Positions 1 to 13,564 of a stretch of 64,000 bases of DNA are shown here, in pieces. Both the position numbers and the translations under genes were made by a program. This stretch comes from Octopus sinensis (Eukaryota), in NCBI RefSeq assembly GCF_006345805.1, contig NC_042998.1, forward strand, positions 117,800,001 to 117,864,000. Reading direction: 5' to 3'. Below the pieces are notes generated by a model. That model was given only the letters and a program-made list of their open reading frames with translations. It ran no database searches and was not told where the DNA came from. The first letter of the stretch is position 1. Each line of letters begins with the position of its first letter.

Positions 1-910
1 CATCTCAGCTTAACCACTCAAATCAAATTAATTTTTCATAATCCCTTCTATAACCATGTCTGGATACGCAATGACATCAAATATTCTGCCTCTTCACACA
101 ACATAATTAACCACACTTCGCAATATGTTGATGCAGACCGACATTTCCACTGTGCATTTCAACGTTTTTTCTCCAGTTATAACTCCTACATATACTACCA
201 CCAACCATTTCCTTTTACCCAACATCTACTATCTTGTAACTTTCCCGTTCCAACATACAGATATCCAGTACTTACATGTGAATTTTGATATACTCCTTGA
301 ACTTTCTCAGTATCTCTTACAGATGCGATTGCAATCTACGAAAACTTTTCTTCTCCCACTATGCACCCAACCTAGATTTTTCATGTTTGTTATCATAAAC
401 TCTGTTAAACTTGTTTGTTCATCAGAAACATCAACATCATATGCACAGTTGTCACCTCCTCCTATACGCCTTTGTTTGATGTTTGAAAGGAAAAATAAAA
501 TTTATAAAATGCCAACCTTTTTGTCTTAAGGTAGAACATTTTGGAAACCACTGATTAGATGTGCCGTCACGCTGACACGTTTTCATTTTCTTGTATGAAT
601 CAGTGTTTCGTGTCCTTTCGAAAGAGCAAGTAACTAAGTAATTGGAATCAGTGTTAGATGTGTCTCTGACACTATTGTCAACTCCGTCATTAGTACAGTT
701 ACAGATACTCTAACTTTGCCATTACAGCATTGTTGATCGTTAGTTGCCAACAATAGTGCTTTGATCTACATCGTTGTGTCTAACCTTTGTAGACATGTCG
801 ACAGTATACCCATAATAAATAATGTCGGCCATCTTAGCTCCTACTACTATATACTATTATTAAATGTTGGTTAATTATTAGTATTAATAATAATAATAAT
901 GATAATACCG

Positions 911-954
<44 letters not shown>

Positions 955-956
<2 letters not shown>

Positions 957-1112
957 TAGAGGGTAAGACTTGATGCCTGTTCTGTATCAAATGTGTAGAG
1001 GCTACTTCGTTAGCACATATTTTTGTTGATGGGTTGCGTCGACTTTTCATTTTTAACATCGTATTATATATCTATCCTTCTACCTGAGTTTGTCCAATAA
1101 CTACCCCCACAC

Positions 1113-1149
<37 letters not shown>

Positions 1150-1746
1150 CAACTTTCTCAACATACCCATGACGGTCTATCTGTCTATATAAACCCATTA
1201 TACAATATACAATACCATATATACATTACCATCAAACTATATTATAGTTTGATGGTATTGTATGCTCATCAAGCTATCTAAGCTCTCTTACCCAATTGTC
1301 TATCTAGCCTAATATATATCATGTTGGATTGGGTGGGATAACGCTTAAATATACTTTCTTATGTAGGTGTAGTAACGCATCTTGATATGTGTTTCAAATA
1401 TATTTATTAGTTATTATTGACCCCGTTAAGGTATTGGCGCATATAGAAATGTGCATATTCACAGGGAGATCGTGGTTTTTGAGGAACGACATTAAAATGA
1501 AACAAAAGTGAGGAAAGAGAACGGCCACCGGAATCAGTGGTTATTATGTTCAAAATAATAAAATAATAATAATAATAATAATAATAATGATAGAGGGTAA
1601 GACTTGATGCCTGTTCTGTATCAAATGTGTAGAGGCTACTTCGTTAGCACATATTTTTGTTGATGGGTTGCGTCGACTTTTCATTTTTAACATCGTATTA
1701 TATATCTATCCTTCTACCTGAGTTTGTCCAATAACTACCCCCACAC

Positions 1747-1789
<43 letters not shown>

Positions 1790-2210
1790 CAACTTTCTCA
1801 ACATACCCATGACGGTCTATCTGTCTATATAAACCCATTATACAATATACAATACCATATATACATTACCATCAAACTATATTATAGTTTGATGGTATTG
1901 TATGCTCATCAAGCTATCTAAGCTCTCTTACCCAATTGTCTATCTAGCCTAATATATATCATGTTGGATTGGGTGGGATAACGCTTAAATATACTTTCTT
2001 ATGTAGGTGTAGTAACGCATCTTGATATGTGTTTCAAATATATTTATTAGTTATTATTGACCCCGTTAAAGGTATTGGCGCATATAGAAATGTGCATATT
2101 CACAGGGAGATCGTGGTTTTTGAGGAACGACATTAAAATGAAACAAAAGTGAGGAAAGAGAACGGCCACCGGAATCAGTGGTTATTATGTTCAAAATAAT
2201 AAAATAATAA
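955..2210. repeat. Near-perfect tandem duplication of a ~634 bp unit bounded by (AAT)n
   Basis: GATAGAGGGTAAGACTTG starts at 955 and again at 1589. The copies differ only by 6 nt in the internal (TA)n and one extra A. The duplicated ORFs at 1090 and 1724 confirm the 634 nt period. Confidence 0.95.
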
Positions 2211-3850
2211 ATAAAAAAAGTGCAAATTGAAACATAATCTTAAATATTCGTTTACTCATTTTCAAAATTGTTTCCGGTTGAAAATATTTTCAAGGAAAAT
2301 AGAAAGAAAAAAAAGAGCTGTTTTTTTTTCGGGACTAAGTGAAAAATTAAATTTTCAGTTTACGGTTTTGATTGAAGGGGCTCATTTAAGAGTTGGAACA
2401 AGAGGAATAATGAAAAATAAACAAAAGAGAAGGAGGGACCGTATTGTTAAGTTAATGCCGTTTCCCACCACACACGCACACCTGTGGAACTGTGGGTAGA
2501 CACGGTGTTCTATCAATTTATCTGTATTAGATAAACTGATTCATGCACAATTTTAAATACGCATAAGAACACCAGCCACTCACTAGATCAACATAGGAAT
2601 TAAGAGGCAGGTCTCAAATTCACCTATTACCATCTTGAAAAAGAAAAATAAAGACATTAGATATAGCAACTTTAATATCGTAAGTTATTTATATATCTTA
2701 AATCAATTTCGAAAACACATCTTCAGCGATTGAAACTTATAGGGCTTGGTAATAGATGATTTAATTGCTAGATTAAGGATAGGTAACATAATCCACCAGC
2801 GTTTTGTAAGCACCTATCCCGAATCTCAAATCGGATTTTATACTGAAGTAATGTGCCTAATTAAATTACATAAATAAATGAACTGAGTAATAGTCTACAA
2901 ATGCGCTTGTTCAACAGGTGCTGGAAGCACAAGATTTCCTGGAATTAATGACATTAAGAATGTGTGATTTCTATGTTAATTGTCCTCCTTAACTTTTCAA
3001 CTTGAAATGTCAAATATCCATAGAATTTCAAAATGTTTGTTCAATATTCATTTTCGAAAACAATAATCTACACACCGTTCTAATTATATCATTTTGTTCT
3101 TAGTGATAAATCTGCCCCTGCCCACTTACGTTGAAATACGATTGTATTCGTTGTCAAATGAAGAAAGAAAACCATGGTAACTGTCTCATTACCCTCGTTT
3201 GGATCCGTGATGATATCTTTCGTAAACCTTCTGCTTATATACTACTCAATATTCTAGACGTAACCCTTGTTCATATACTACTTTATCTATTTGAACACAA
3301 TTTGAAATTACAAACATGCTACGAATTATATTATATATTATATGATAATAAATGATATTGTATCGAGTAACATTTCTCAGTAGTAGTGTTGTAGTACATT
3401 CTTAAGAATGTATATTGTGAAATAAAAGGATAATGTTTGTAGATAATGTAGATCATATTCAGCATACATAGCGCGAAATTTAAGACGTAGATGTGGTCGA
3501 CGTAGCTAAATCGCAATGAAAATGCTTACAGTCAGAATAAATGTCGATATCCAATGGACTTCGATCACATTTGAAAACATTATGTTTATAATTTCCAATT
3601 CAATTAACAACTGTGAACTATGTTAATGCACACTTTGCAACAAACCTATCACAATAAAAAAGTTGATAATGTATATATTGATAGAATTAGTTAAAAGCTC
3701 CCAAATAAGGTCAACTGTTACTTAAGAGACATTTCGATAGCAAAAAATGTATAGATACACATTTCATAATATCATAATGTTGATTTTTGATGACAGCCGA
3801 ACATAGTGAAAAAGTGCAACCTACATACAGCTTCTCTGATTCTCACTCTC

Positions 3851-3896
<46 letters not shown>

Positions 3897-4299
3897 GCTC
3901 ATTAAAAGATCGGCATAATTTAAATATTTCACTTTCAGCTTTATTTCATTCCAACTCATGCAAGCCCATTTTCTGAATACAGTGCTAATGATATGATCGT
4001 ATAATTCAAGTTTTATTATTCATATTTAAATACTTATGTCCTTCCTATTTAATATAAGGGTTTTGTTCTCTGTTTAATACTCTCAAATATATCATGTTCG
4101 CTGTACATCCACAAGTGTGTATGTGCGTGAGTGAGTACATGGGTGCGTTCGTGCATGCGTGCGTGTATATATCCATATCTGTCGCTATATCTTTTTTTTT
4201 GTTTCTATACCTTAATGTATTCATCCATTTTATTTTTCACTTTCCCTTCATCTCTTTCCTCTCCCTTTAAGACACACACACATGTACATATACATACAG

Positions 4300-4356
4300 T
4301 GTGTGTATATATAAATATAAAAATATACGCACTCACACATACACATAAGTATATAT

Positions 4357-4399
<43 letters not shown>

Positions 4400-4620
4400 A
4401 TTTTAATCTATATAAATGTGCATGTGTGTATGAGTGTGTATATGGATATGTATCTATATATACATATATATGCATATATATACATATATATATATATACA
4501 TATATATACATATATATTTATATCTATATGTTTATATATAGACACACATATATACAAACATATACATATATGCGTGTGTGTGTGTGCGTGTGTGTGTGTA
4601 TATATATATATATATCCACT
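4300..4620. repeat. Compound (TA)n/(TG)n microsatellite
   Basis: Direct reading; source of the YIYI-type ORFs. Confidence 0.95.
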
Positions 4621-6199
4621 CCTTTTTGTGTGAGTATTGGTGTATATTAACATATTAACATTCATTTTTCCTTTCTATTTAGAATCATTTTTATCTATGA
4701 TCATATTTCTCTGTAAAATATTACCAAATCTTTTAATTAGCATTCATCGCACTTCCTCAGAATGTGTTCAGACATTTTTGAAAGTTTCAAACCGCATTCA
4801 TTCACTTTCCTTGTAATTTAACATATTGTTTTCAGTTAAAGTAATGCCGTAGGGAAATTTGGATTTTAAAAGGTACAAAAACTGTGTATTTCCTTTAAAG
4901 TAAACGAAGAATAGATCACAAACGAGAACATAATACAGATTATTATATTTGAACAGTACTTCCATTAACAAAAGTACCATAATAAGCAAGCGCTAACGAG
5001 AGACGTTAGAAAGTAGGTGTAAATTTTGGTAAGTCAGATGCAAATTAGTGGCCTACTTAAAATGTCTAATGGCAAAACTGAAACTGCATTATTGGGTACT
5101 TGGGTTACTTCAATATATAGATAGCACATTTATATTTAAAATAGCACAGATCTAAGTATGAAGTTGTATTCTCTTTATACGCCTGTTGGGTCATATGTCA
5201 GGTATCATGTAGAATCTTTTAAGGGCATGAGTTAAATATTCTCCAGTCTCTAGTGGTTTTATAAGAAGGTAGAGTATAAGCTGGGGAAGAATTAGTTGCT
5301 ATTTTCTATTAGACAGAACGATTCTATGCAATCTCCTTTACTGACCTTCTAATATTTCATCATACACCAACATATTGTTTGTTTCTGCATGCATATGTAT
5401 CTGCCTGCGTGTGTGTATATATATACTTGGGTATGTATGTGTATATGTTATGAATGTTTGTGAGCGAGTGCGTGTATAAGCATACATGTATGGTTTTACG
5501 CCTGTATGTATGCATATAAATTCAATACGTTTAATAAAGTACTAAGTATGGAATACGTTTTGCTTGACAAATATTTAAGTAATCAAACACGGATAAAAAA
5601 TTTCTTATTAGCAGTAAATAACTACCGTGACCACCATGTTGCATATATTGTCGCTGTGAAATCCAGAACTGGTTTCCTCGGTTAGAAAGAAACACAAAGT
5701 CTAGTCGAAACTGTTTATGCAATTCCAGATATCAAACCCAGAGTGAGAAAGAAGAATGTGGTTAGATGCAACATAAAAATATTAAGCAACGTCACCCATA
5801 GCTGGGTCACACAGACTGGGGGCAGAATGTGAAGCACGGAGATTCACATTTGATAAAACAGTTTGAGTAGTCATTGTGGATAACAACGGATATCCGATGG
5901 TATGTTGATGATACTTATTTACATTTCAAGAAGAAATATGAAGTTGCCATTTGCCGAAAACAATCAGATTTTCTGTCTAGTCTTACTTTGTTGCTGCTGT
6001 TATTGATCAGTTCTAGTTCAGCCGTGACTGAAATTATCTGAAATAAATAAATTCAAACCTCTGAATTCTATCATGTTTTCAAGCTTTAAAAAATCATATA
6101 TAGGAGGGAGAGGTGTGATTTCATAGAACTAGTTATAATTTGAAAGATAGCGTATAGGAACCTTCCATTGAAAATATTGAAATATTTCATTCTTTTACC

Positions 6200-6557
6200 T
6201 GCTGCAGTTATTTCACTGCGGCCATGGTAAAAGTCGAACAATCAACCGCAGGAGGAGTTATTCTTAAAGCCTAGTACTTATTCTATCATTCTCTTTTGGT
6301 GAAGTTACGGAGACCTAAACACACAAACACTGGTTGTTAAGCGGTTATGTGGTGCAAACACATACACACACATATAGATATTTTTAGATATATACAGGAC
6401 AGGCTTCAATTTGTTTCCGTCTACCAAATCCACTCACAAGGCTTTGTTCGGTTCGTGGATATAGCAGAAGACAGTTGCCCAACATGCCACGCAGTGTGGC
6501 TGAATCTAGAACCTTGTGTTTAGGCAGCAAGCTTCTTACCTAACAGCCACGTCTGCA
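6200..6557 (-). mobile_element. Degenerate tRNA-derived SINE (same family as 16225 and 36171)
   Basis: Contains CTACCAAATCCACTCACAAGGCTTTG, the reverse complement of the core GCCTTGTGAGTGGATTTGGTAGACGGAAAC at ~16333; head and tail also align. Confidence 0.85.
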
Positions 6558-7457
6558 ACTGAATATGTATTATTTACAATAGTGAACATCCAAGATTCCA
6601 GGAAATACGATTTGAAATCAATTGTCAATCAGTTTCAGACAGTAAACCCTGAATTTCACCTTGTGTTGACTTCATTTTCGGTAAATTAAGTTTTATATCG
6701 ATATATGAACCTTTATGTCATTTATTTGTGTAATGAGGACTTTTCCTGTATGAGGTGAGACTGTGAATTTTAATCACATATACTTAAAATTGTATATATT
6801 TGTATGTATACTTTAAACAAAATTGAAATAAGAGAAATACTTCATAGGTTCCAGTGGCGTGTATATGAACAACATAGGGAAAATACATGTACATTAAATC
6901 CCACACAGTATAAATTCTCCATATATCAAAATTGTTTCCCCCCTTACAGGATGTCACAATTAACAAGTAATTTGGACGTCAGCTCTATGCAAGAGTCGGA
7001 AGGGATCAGATGATTGAAGAGTTTTCCATTAAGTAAAACTAAAAACCTTTTTCTCTAGTGATGACGCCTATTGAGATCTCATCTCATGTCAATTACCTAA
7101 CCTTATTGCCAGTAAACACCGGACTTAGACATATACGAAAAGGAATAGAACTTGTTTTATGTCCTAGAGGATTTAACTAAATTAAAAATGTGCCCAGCCA
7201 AATATTCACACTGGCCATTTTCATGTATCTGAAAACTATATGCAATTACAGGTATATCGATTACTATAAAACATTATATGTAGGCAATTTGAAAATGGAT
7301 TATTGAGTGTCTTAGTTGTAGTGTTTATAACAAATATAACATCGTTACTAATGCAAAAACAACTACTACTACCATCACCACCACTGCTACTACTACTACG
7401 AGTAGTAGTAGTAGTAGCAGCAGCAGCAGCATTAGTAGTAGTAGTAGTAGTAGTAGT

Positions 7458-7555
7458 GGGCTGCTGCAAATATTCTGCGCAGTACCACAGATTTGCTTGT
7501 CGATTAACCAATTATGTCCCTTAGTGGCAACGATAAGTGCATCTCTCATCACATG
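7458..7555. mobile_element. Diverged fragment of the ~550 bp interspersed repeat at 57131-57681
   Basis: GCAAATATTCTGC..CACAGATTTGCTTGTC..ATGTCCCTTAGTGGC..GATA.GTGCATCTCT aligns colinearly with ~57235-57335. Confidence 0.8.
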
Positions 7556-7770
7556 TATTACATTTTTTCTGAATTTTCAGATTTTTCTATATGCTAGGCT
7601 ACTGGTTTTAAATTGATATTAAATTAATATTCAATTTATCACCCACAGTATTTAAATTTTATATATATATGTATATAGTTGGGAGATAGATGGCAAAATA
7701 ACTAGTTAGATATACATTCGTAAATATATCCATTCTTATGTATGTATGTATGTATGTATGTATATATCTA

Positions 7771-7860
<90 letters not shown>

Positions 7861-8186
7861 AATATATATATATATATACTTATGTAATGAAATAAGCTAG
7901 CAAAAGCCACACACAACTGGACAGCCACTACAGCAGGAAGAAAGGTACTGACACTAACAACCACACAATACACAATAATGCTTGAACTAATAGGAATACT
8001 CTGTAGTGTAATACTGGATTCAGGAAACAAATAATGTCCAACATTCCGAAGCTGTTTTAGAACGTAATCATGAAACACTTTTTCAAATCTAGGAAGAAAA
8101 CATAAAATATTCATTTCGCAAAATTTCAGACTCGCTTTTTCCACTAGTAGTGACCTAACTCAGATAATAGCAACACACAACGTGAG

Positions 8187-8291
<105 letters not shown>

Positions 8292-9458
8292 TCCAAAGGA
8301 CAGGTTAAAATAGCAGACTAGCTAAAACAAACGGACATACTAACCAAAATATTGATAATATCAAACCAGAAAACAGGGCAGAATCACAAGAGAAATGATT
8401 TAACACCAATATGAATATAACACACACGCTGTAGTGCGGGTGCGTAATAAACTAAGGGCCTCCAGTCAAAGAAAAACAACTCCAGCAATAGTGGATACCT
8501 CCACAGGTCAGGGAGTGGGAACCGCAAGAATATAGCAGCCTGCAAGCAGCTTTAGATAGAAACCTTTAAAAAATGATACACGGATAGAAACGAGATCAGC
8601 AGAGACATATAGCAAGAGTTATAGCCGAATAAATAATAGGAAAAGGAATTCGGTCTCTAAAACTGTGACAGAAATACAGTAAGCCCCTTAGACTCTAAAT
8701 GTTTGACGAAGAATCCAGTGTATAGAGGCAAAGTAACCTCTGATGTTAGGACTTTCTTCTATGTAGAAGCCAGCTCTCTAAATTTCAAAGTGATACAGGC
8801 TAATCGCTTAAATCTATTTAGATAGAGAAGTAAAATGTATAGCAAACTAAGCTGAAACTCCCACCCACATGTAAATGGGAAAGGTAAAATAGAAAAGCAT
8901 ACCTAAACTCAAAAACGTCATGCTCCTCCATAAACAACTTAGCATATTTTCTACAAACTTTATACTACCAAACATAAAGAACACAGCCTGTATATACATA
9001 AATAGCTAAACAAAAATTGCATGACAAGCAATACACTTAAATATAAGTTTGTCAGGTACCCATCTACTACAATATACAAACAGGCATGCCCGAACAGTAA
9101 TATCAAGATTGAACTTGTTAAATAGTACACTGACTCTGGGCACAACAGGTGTGAAACAGGGGTGAACAGAACAGATTTTAATTCCAAAAACACCCACTTC
9201 ACCCTCATTTCCCACTGAATCTATTTAAAAAACAACTAAATGTATTCATTTCGCTTCCAAACTGGCAAATGAAGAAACTGCACAGAAAACCGTACCCGAT
9301 TGCATATGCAACTACCCATACTTGTGCAATGGAAACACGCGTAGGTCATAAAAACCATAATAGCATATTGTATGTGATTTTCAAATAACAGTATATAAAT
9401 CTTGATGATGAACAAGTCACCATATCTCATATTGTTATAATCATTGCTAGTAACAGTT

Positions 9459-9518
9459 TTAGAAAAAAACATTGGTTTCATATCTTATGTGATCTAGACA
9501 TAGCCTCAGTTTCTCTAA
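9459..9518 (-). ncRNA. Hammerhead-ribozyme-like fold (type I, minimal stem III) in a Penelope 3' region; variant core, probably impaired
   Basis: Minus strand reads TTAGAGAAA CTGAGGC T ATGTC [TAGATCACATAA] GATAT GAAAC CAAT GT T TTTTTCTAA. This gives a 9 bp stem I, a 5 bp stem II and a GUU triplet; position 9 is C instead of A. Confidence 0.6.
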
Positions 9519-9599
9519 CCGATAACTGTTCTCTGGAAAGAATCTTTAAAAAAAACACAAGAACGCCGGTGATAGTTGAAGATATATTCTTCTGAAAAG

Positions 9600-10491
9600 A
9601 TTATGGCCGGGCGAGTTAGCTTCCTTCGCTCGATAGCTAGGTTTTCCAATTTTGAAGTAAAAATTTGCGGAAATGTGGATCGCAGGTAACCTGGCTCATG
9701 TGAGTTCATAAGGATTATATATTTTTCTGCCATACACAATTTACTTAGTCTTGTTCAATTGCGATAGGGTCCACAAGTTTCTAGTAATTTCCATTACTAT
9801 GCTGCGAGTGTCGTTGTGTTGCGTCTCTCGGAACCCTGAAAGGAGATCTGTGGTTGTTCAGGCGAATTTTAATTTTGTGTTCACAAGATTTGTCGTAAAT
9901 TTCAGTGAGTGTCACTGTATTTGCATTGGTGTTACTGATATTTGTGCTGCTTCTGTTTGTGGCTACACTGTTGCCTCGGTGTTACATCGGTCGTCCACTG
10001 GACATTCATCTCTAATCCTGCATGAACAGCCTGCCTTTGTCCGTGGTTTAGGAGTACTAAGCAATTTTTTCTTAACATTGGTTGCACAACTGAAAGGGTT
10101 CCTTAAATATATCTGTTAAATATCTTTCTATATATGTGTGATGCAGTGAATGCTTATCAACCAAAATAAGAAAAATCTTATCTACACATGTACTGGCTTT
10201 TAGGGAGAAGTGGAGAGCGAACCATAAGGCCCTGCGGTGGAGTATCCTTCTACGGTTGCTTGATTCTAGTGTATATACTATATGGTTCTTGAACATGCTG
10301 GCCGCTAGCGCCTGATTGTAAGCAGGAGCTGCTGCGTCGCAAATATCTGTATTTGAAGATAAGATCGAAATCCATTTACTAATACCTTTTATTAAGGTTT
10401 TGAACACTATGGGTGTGTATCAGAAGGTTTTGAACACTATGGGTGTGTATCAAATAGCTTATCATTCGATTTGCGGTATGGTGCGGTATGG
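9600..10491 (-). mobile_element. 5'-truncated, decayed Penelope-like element (RT thumb + GIY-YIG endonuclease)
   Basis: Frameshifted translation gives PYRKSNDKL, KGISKWISILSSNTDICDAAAPAYNQAL, KIFLILVDKH, GCSCRIRDECPVD, EIYDKSCEHKIKIRLNNHRSPFR and SKLCMAEKYIIL. These are typical PLE thumb/linker/GIY-YIG motifs. Confidence 0.85.
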
Positions 10492-10635
10492 TCTCTAGTT
10501 GCCACTGTCTAAATCAAGCGTCCGGATATGCGCAGGTAAAATGTTTCTGAGGTTGGTTGATAAGCATTGCACGCGATTACACAAATATAAAAAGAACTTT
10601 AACAGATATAAGTTAAGGATCTGTTTCAGCAGTGC
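10492..10635 (+). mobile_element. Inverted second copy of the Penelope RT-thumb segment
   Basis: AGKMFLRLVDKHCTRLHKYKKNFNRYKLRICFSSAPNVKK. The DNA aligns with the reverse complement of ~10070-10240 (TTGGTTGATAAGCATT...TTTAACAGATAT...AATGTTAAGAAAAA). Confidence 0.8.
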
Positions 10636-10822
10636 ACCTAATGTTAAGAAAAAGTGGACGTCAATTGGTCATGCTATACTACCAATATACTTGGAGTATT
10701 TTATTTGTATACGGCACAAGTAGGTAGGCACATAATAGTATCACAAATGAGACAGTTGTTTAGTGTGAAGGACTGTTGTACTGCTTGTGACCACCTCGTT
10801 GCTTGGTGTTTATACACATATA

Positions 10823-10858
<36 letters not shown>

Positions 10859-10859
<1 letters not shown>

Positions 10860-12155
10860 GAGGGGTGTTCAATAAGTAATGCCCGTGACCCAGTTCCCAT
10901 AGCTGTAAAGCAACGAAACATGGCACAGTTATTAGTCTGTTTTTACATAGGAACCACCCAGAATTACGCATTTCTCTCATTGTTTGATGCAGCTCTGGAG
11001 ACCGTTTTTGTAGAAGACCCCAGCTTGGTCCTCCAACCACAAGGTGACTTCAGAAATCAAGGCTGCATCATCTGGGAAACGCATTCCTTTCAAAAACAAC
11101 TTCATGGCTGGGAAGAGGTGAAAATTAGAGGGTGCAAGGTCAAGGGAGTAGGGGAGATTGACGAGGAGTTCGTATCCACACGCCTGTACTTCTGATCCGG
11201 CAACAAGCGAGTTGTGGACCGGAGCGTTGTCCTGCAGGAGTAGGATGCTTTTGCTGATCTTGCCCCGCCTCTTGAATTTGATAGCTTCTCTTAATTTCCT
11301 CAAAAGTGAAGCATAATAGGCTCCTGTAATTGTGGTACCCATTGCCAGGGAATCTGTCATCATTACTCCGTCCTAGTCTCAGAAGACTGTGAGCATGACC
11401 TTGCCAGCGGAGGGCTGCAGCCTTGCCTTCTTTGGAGGAGGTGAGTCCCGGTGCTTCCACTGCATTGACTGAGCTTTGGTCTCTGGATCATAGTGATGGA
11501 GCCAGGTTTCATCCTGTGTAATCAGTCTTTTGAAAAATTTTGACTCATCTTCTTGGCACATCCCCAAATTCATCCTCGAGCACTCGACGCGTTCTTGCTT
11601 CTGGAAAGGTGTGAGCAACCTGGGAATCCATCTGGCAGACACCTTTTGCGTATGCAAATGGTCATGAATGATAGTTTCCACAGACCCGGTACTAATCTGG
11701 ACCTCATGGGCTATTTGGCGAATAGTTATGCGTCGGTCTTCCAAAATGGCAGCCTCAACTTGACGGACAGATGCCTCATCAATGTCAGAAGGGGGGGTGG
11801 CAACCAGATCTGGGAGCTGTTTCCACAGAGTTCCGAGCGTGTTTGAATTCACGATGCCAGCGTTTTACAAGGTCAGATGATGGGGGATCATTACCATAAG
11901 TTATTTTCATTTCATCAGAAGTCTCCCGTGGTGTGCGTCCTTTCAAATAAAAAAACCGGATCACTGCTCGGCACTCAACAGGCTCCTTTTCGCACTTGAC
12001 TCAGTTCAAACACCTGCAAATCAGAAACCACAATCAGTTCAGTGCTGTACTTTGCTACTTAATCTTTAGAGATAAACATAATTCCACATGCAAAATTTCA
12101 GCTACATCAAACAACTGCAAGTGGGTCAAGGGCATTACTCATTGAACGTCCCTCG
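10859..12155 (-). mobile_element. Full-length (~1.3 kb) inactive mariner (D,D34D family) transposon
   Basis: 37 bp TIRs match at 32/37 (CGAGGGGTGTTCAATAAGTAATGCCC.. / CGAGGGACGTTCAATGAGTAATGCCC..). Flanks are TA on the right and CA on the left, within (TA)n. Transposase motifs are WIPRLL, TQDETW, LLQDNAPVH and YSLDLAPSNFHLF. There are in-frame stops near 11365-11380 and the third catalytic D reads N. Confidence 0.95.
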
Positions 12156-12157
12156 TA

Positions 12158-12540
<383 letters not shown>

Positions 12541-12544
12541 TGAT

Positions 12545-13354
12545 ACTTTGATAGGTTTTGGCCATTATTGGCCCAGGCCATGTCTAACTTAATAGCACCA
12601 CCTGGTGAAGTCTTTCAAGTCAGAATTTGGGCACTATGGCCCACTCAAGTAAGAGTTATTGTTTACAGAGACATATCCGGGTGTAGGGGGTTATCCGGGA
12701 TTTCTTGAAGGAATCTGTCCAAAGACTTCTTGAACCCTATAGGGTCAGTTTCTGTGTTTAATGTTTTTTGGTGTAATGTTAAAGAGAGCGGGGGCCAATT
12801 GAGGTGAAATAATTGTGCCGTATTGTTGTTATGAGATGAAGTGCGATTTTTGTTTTGGGGCGGATGGCACGGGGCCCAAGCCTTGGATGTACCTTAAAGG
12901 TGACGCCAACATCATTTGGGCAATGCTGATGGAATATTTTCCACATCATGCAGATGATGTAGCGCTCACGACGACGTTGGAGAGAATAGAGTTTTAGCTT
13001 TTCTAGGCGACCCCAATAGTCGAGGCCTGTCATGCCATCTATCTTTTTGTGATTGCCCTTTGAGGTGCTTCAACTTTTATGATACCTTGTATTGTGTGGG
13101 GAGACCACAGTGGACAACATATTCAAGGTGGGGTCGGGCAAAAGTGGAGAAGAGAAGGATAATGGTGTGGATATCTCTCGACTGGAAAGTTCTGAGAATC
13201 CAGGAACACATTCTGCGGGCCATGTCAACTTTGGTGTTTATATGAGTGGCCCAGCTTATGTTGTTGTCCACAATTACTCCCAGGTCTCTGATGTTGTTGG
13301 ACGCGCGAGAGTTTCACCTGAAGGAAGGGAGTATGGGAGTTTCAGGGGCATCCC
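12545..13354 (-). mobile_element. 5'-truncated CR1-group LINE, 3' end (RT C-terminus)
   Basis: WILRTFQSRD..LLFSTFARPHLEY and YWGRLEKLKLYSLQRRRERYIICMMWKI; flanked by (TA)n on both sides. Confidence 0.85.
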
Positions 13355-13526
13355 ATATACATATATATATATATATATATCTATATGTATATATATATAT
13401 ATGTATGTACATATAAATATGTATATATATGTATATATATATATATATATATGTAAATATAATATATATTAATATATATATTATATATATATATATATAT
13501 ATCTATCTATATATATATATATATAT

Positions 13527-13564
<38 letters not shown>

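Noticed and set aside
125-529. 134 aa plus-strand ORF at the window start
   Set aside because: No recognisable motif and composition like background; the minus-strand frames contain stops.
1255-1300. Possible hammerhead in the tandem unit (minus strand TTGATGAG followed by a long hairpin)
   Set aside because: No GAAA after the stem and no stem I/III can be built.
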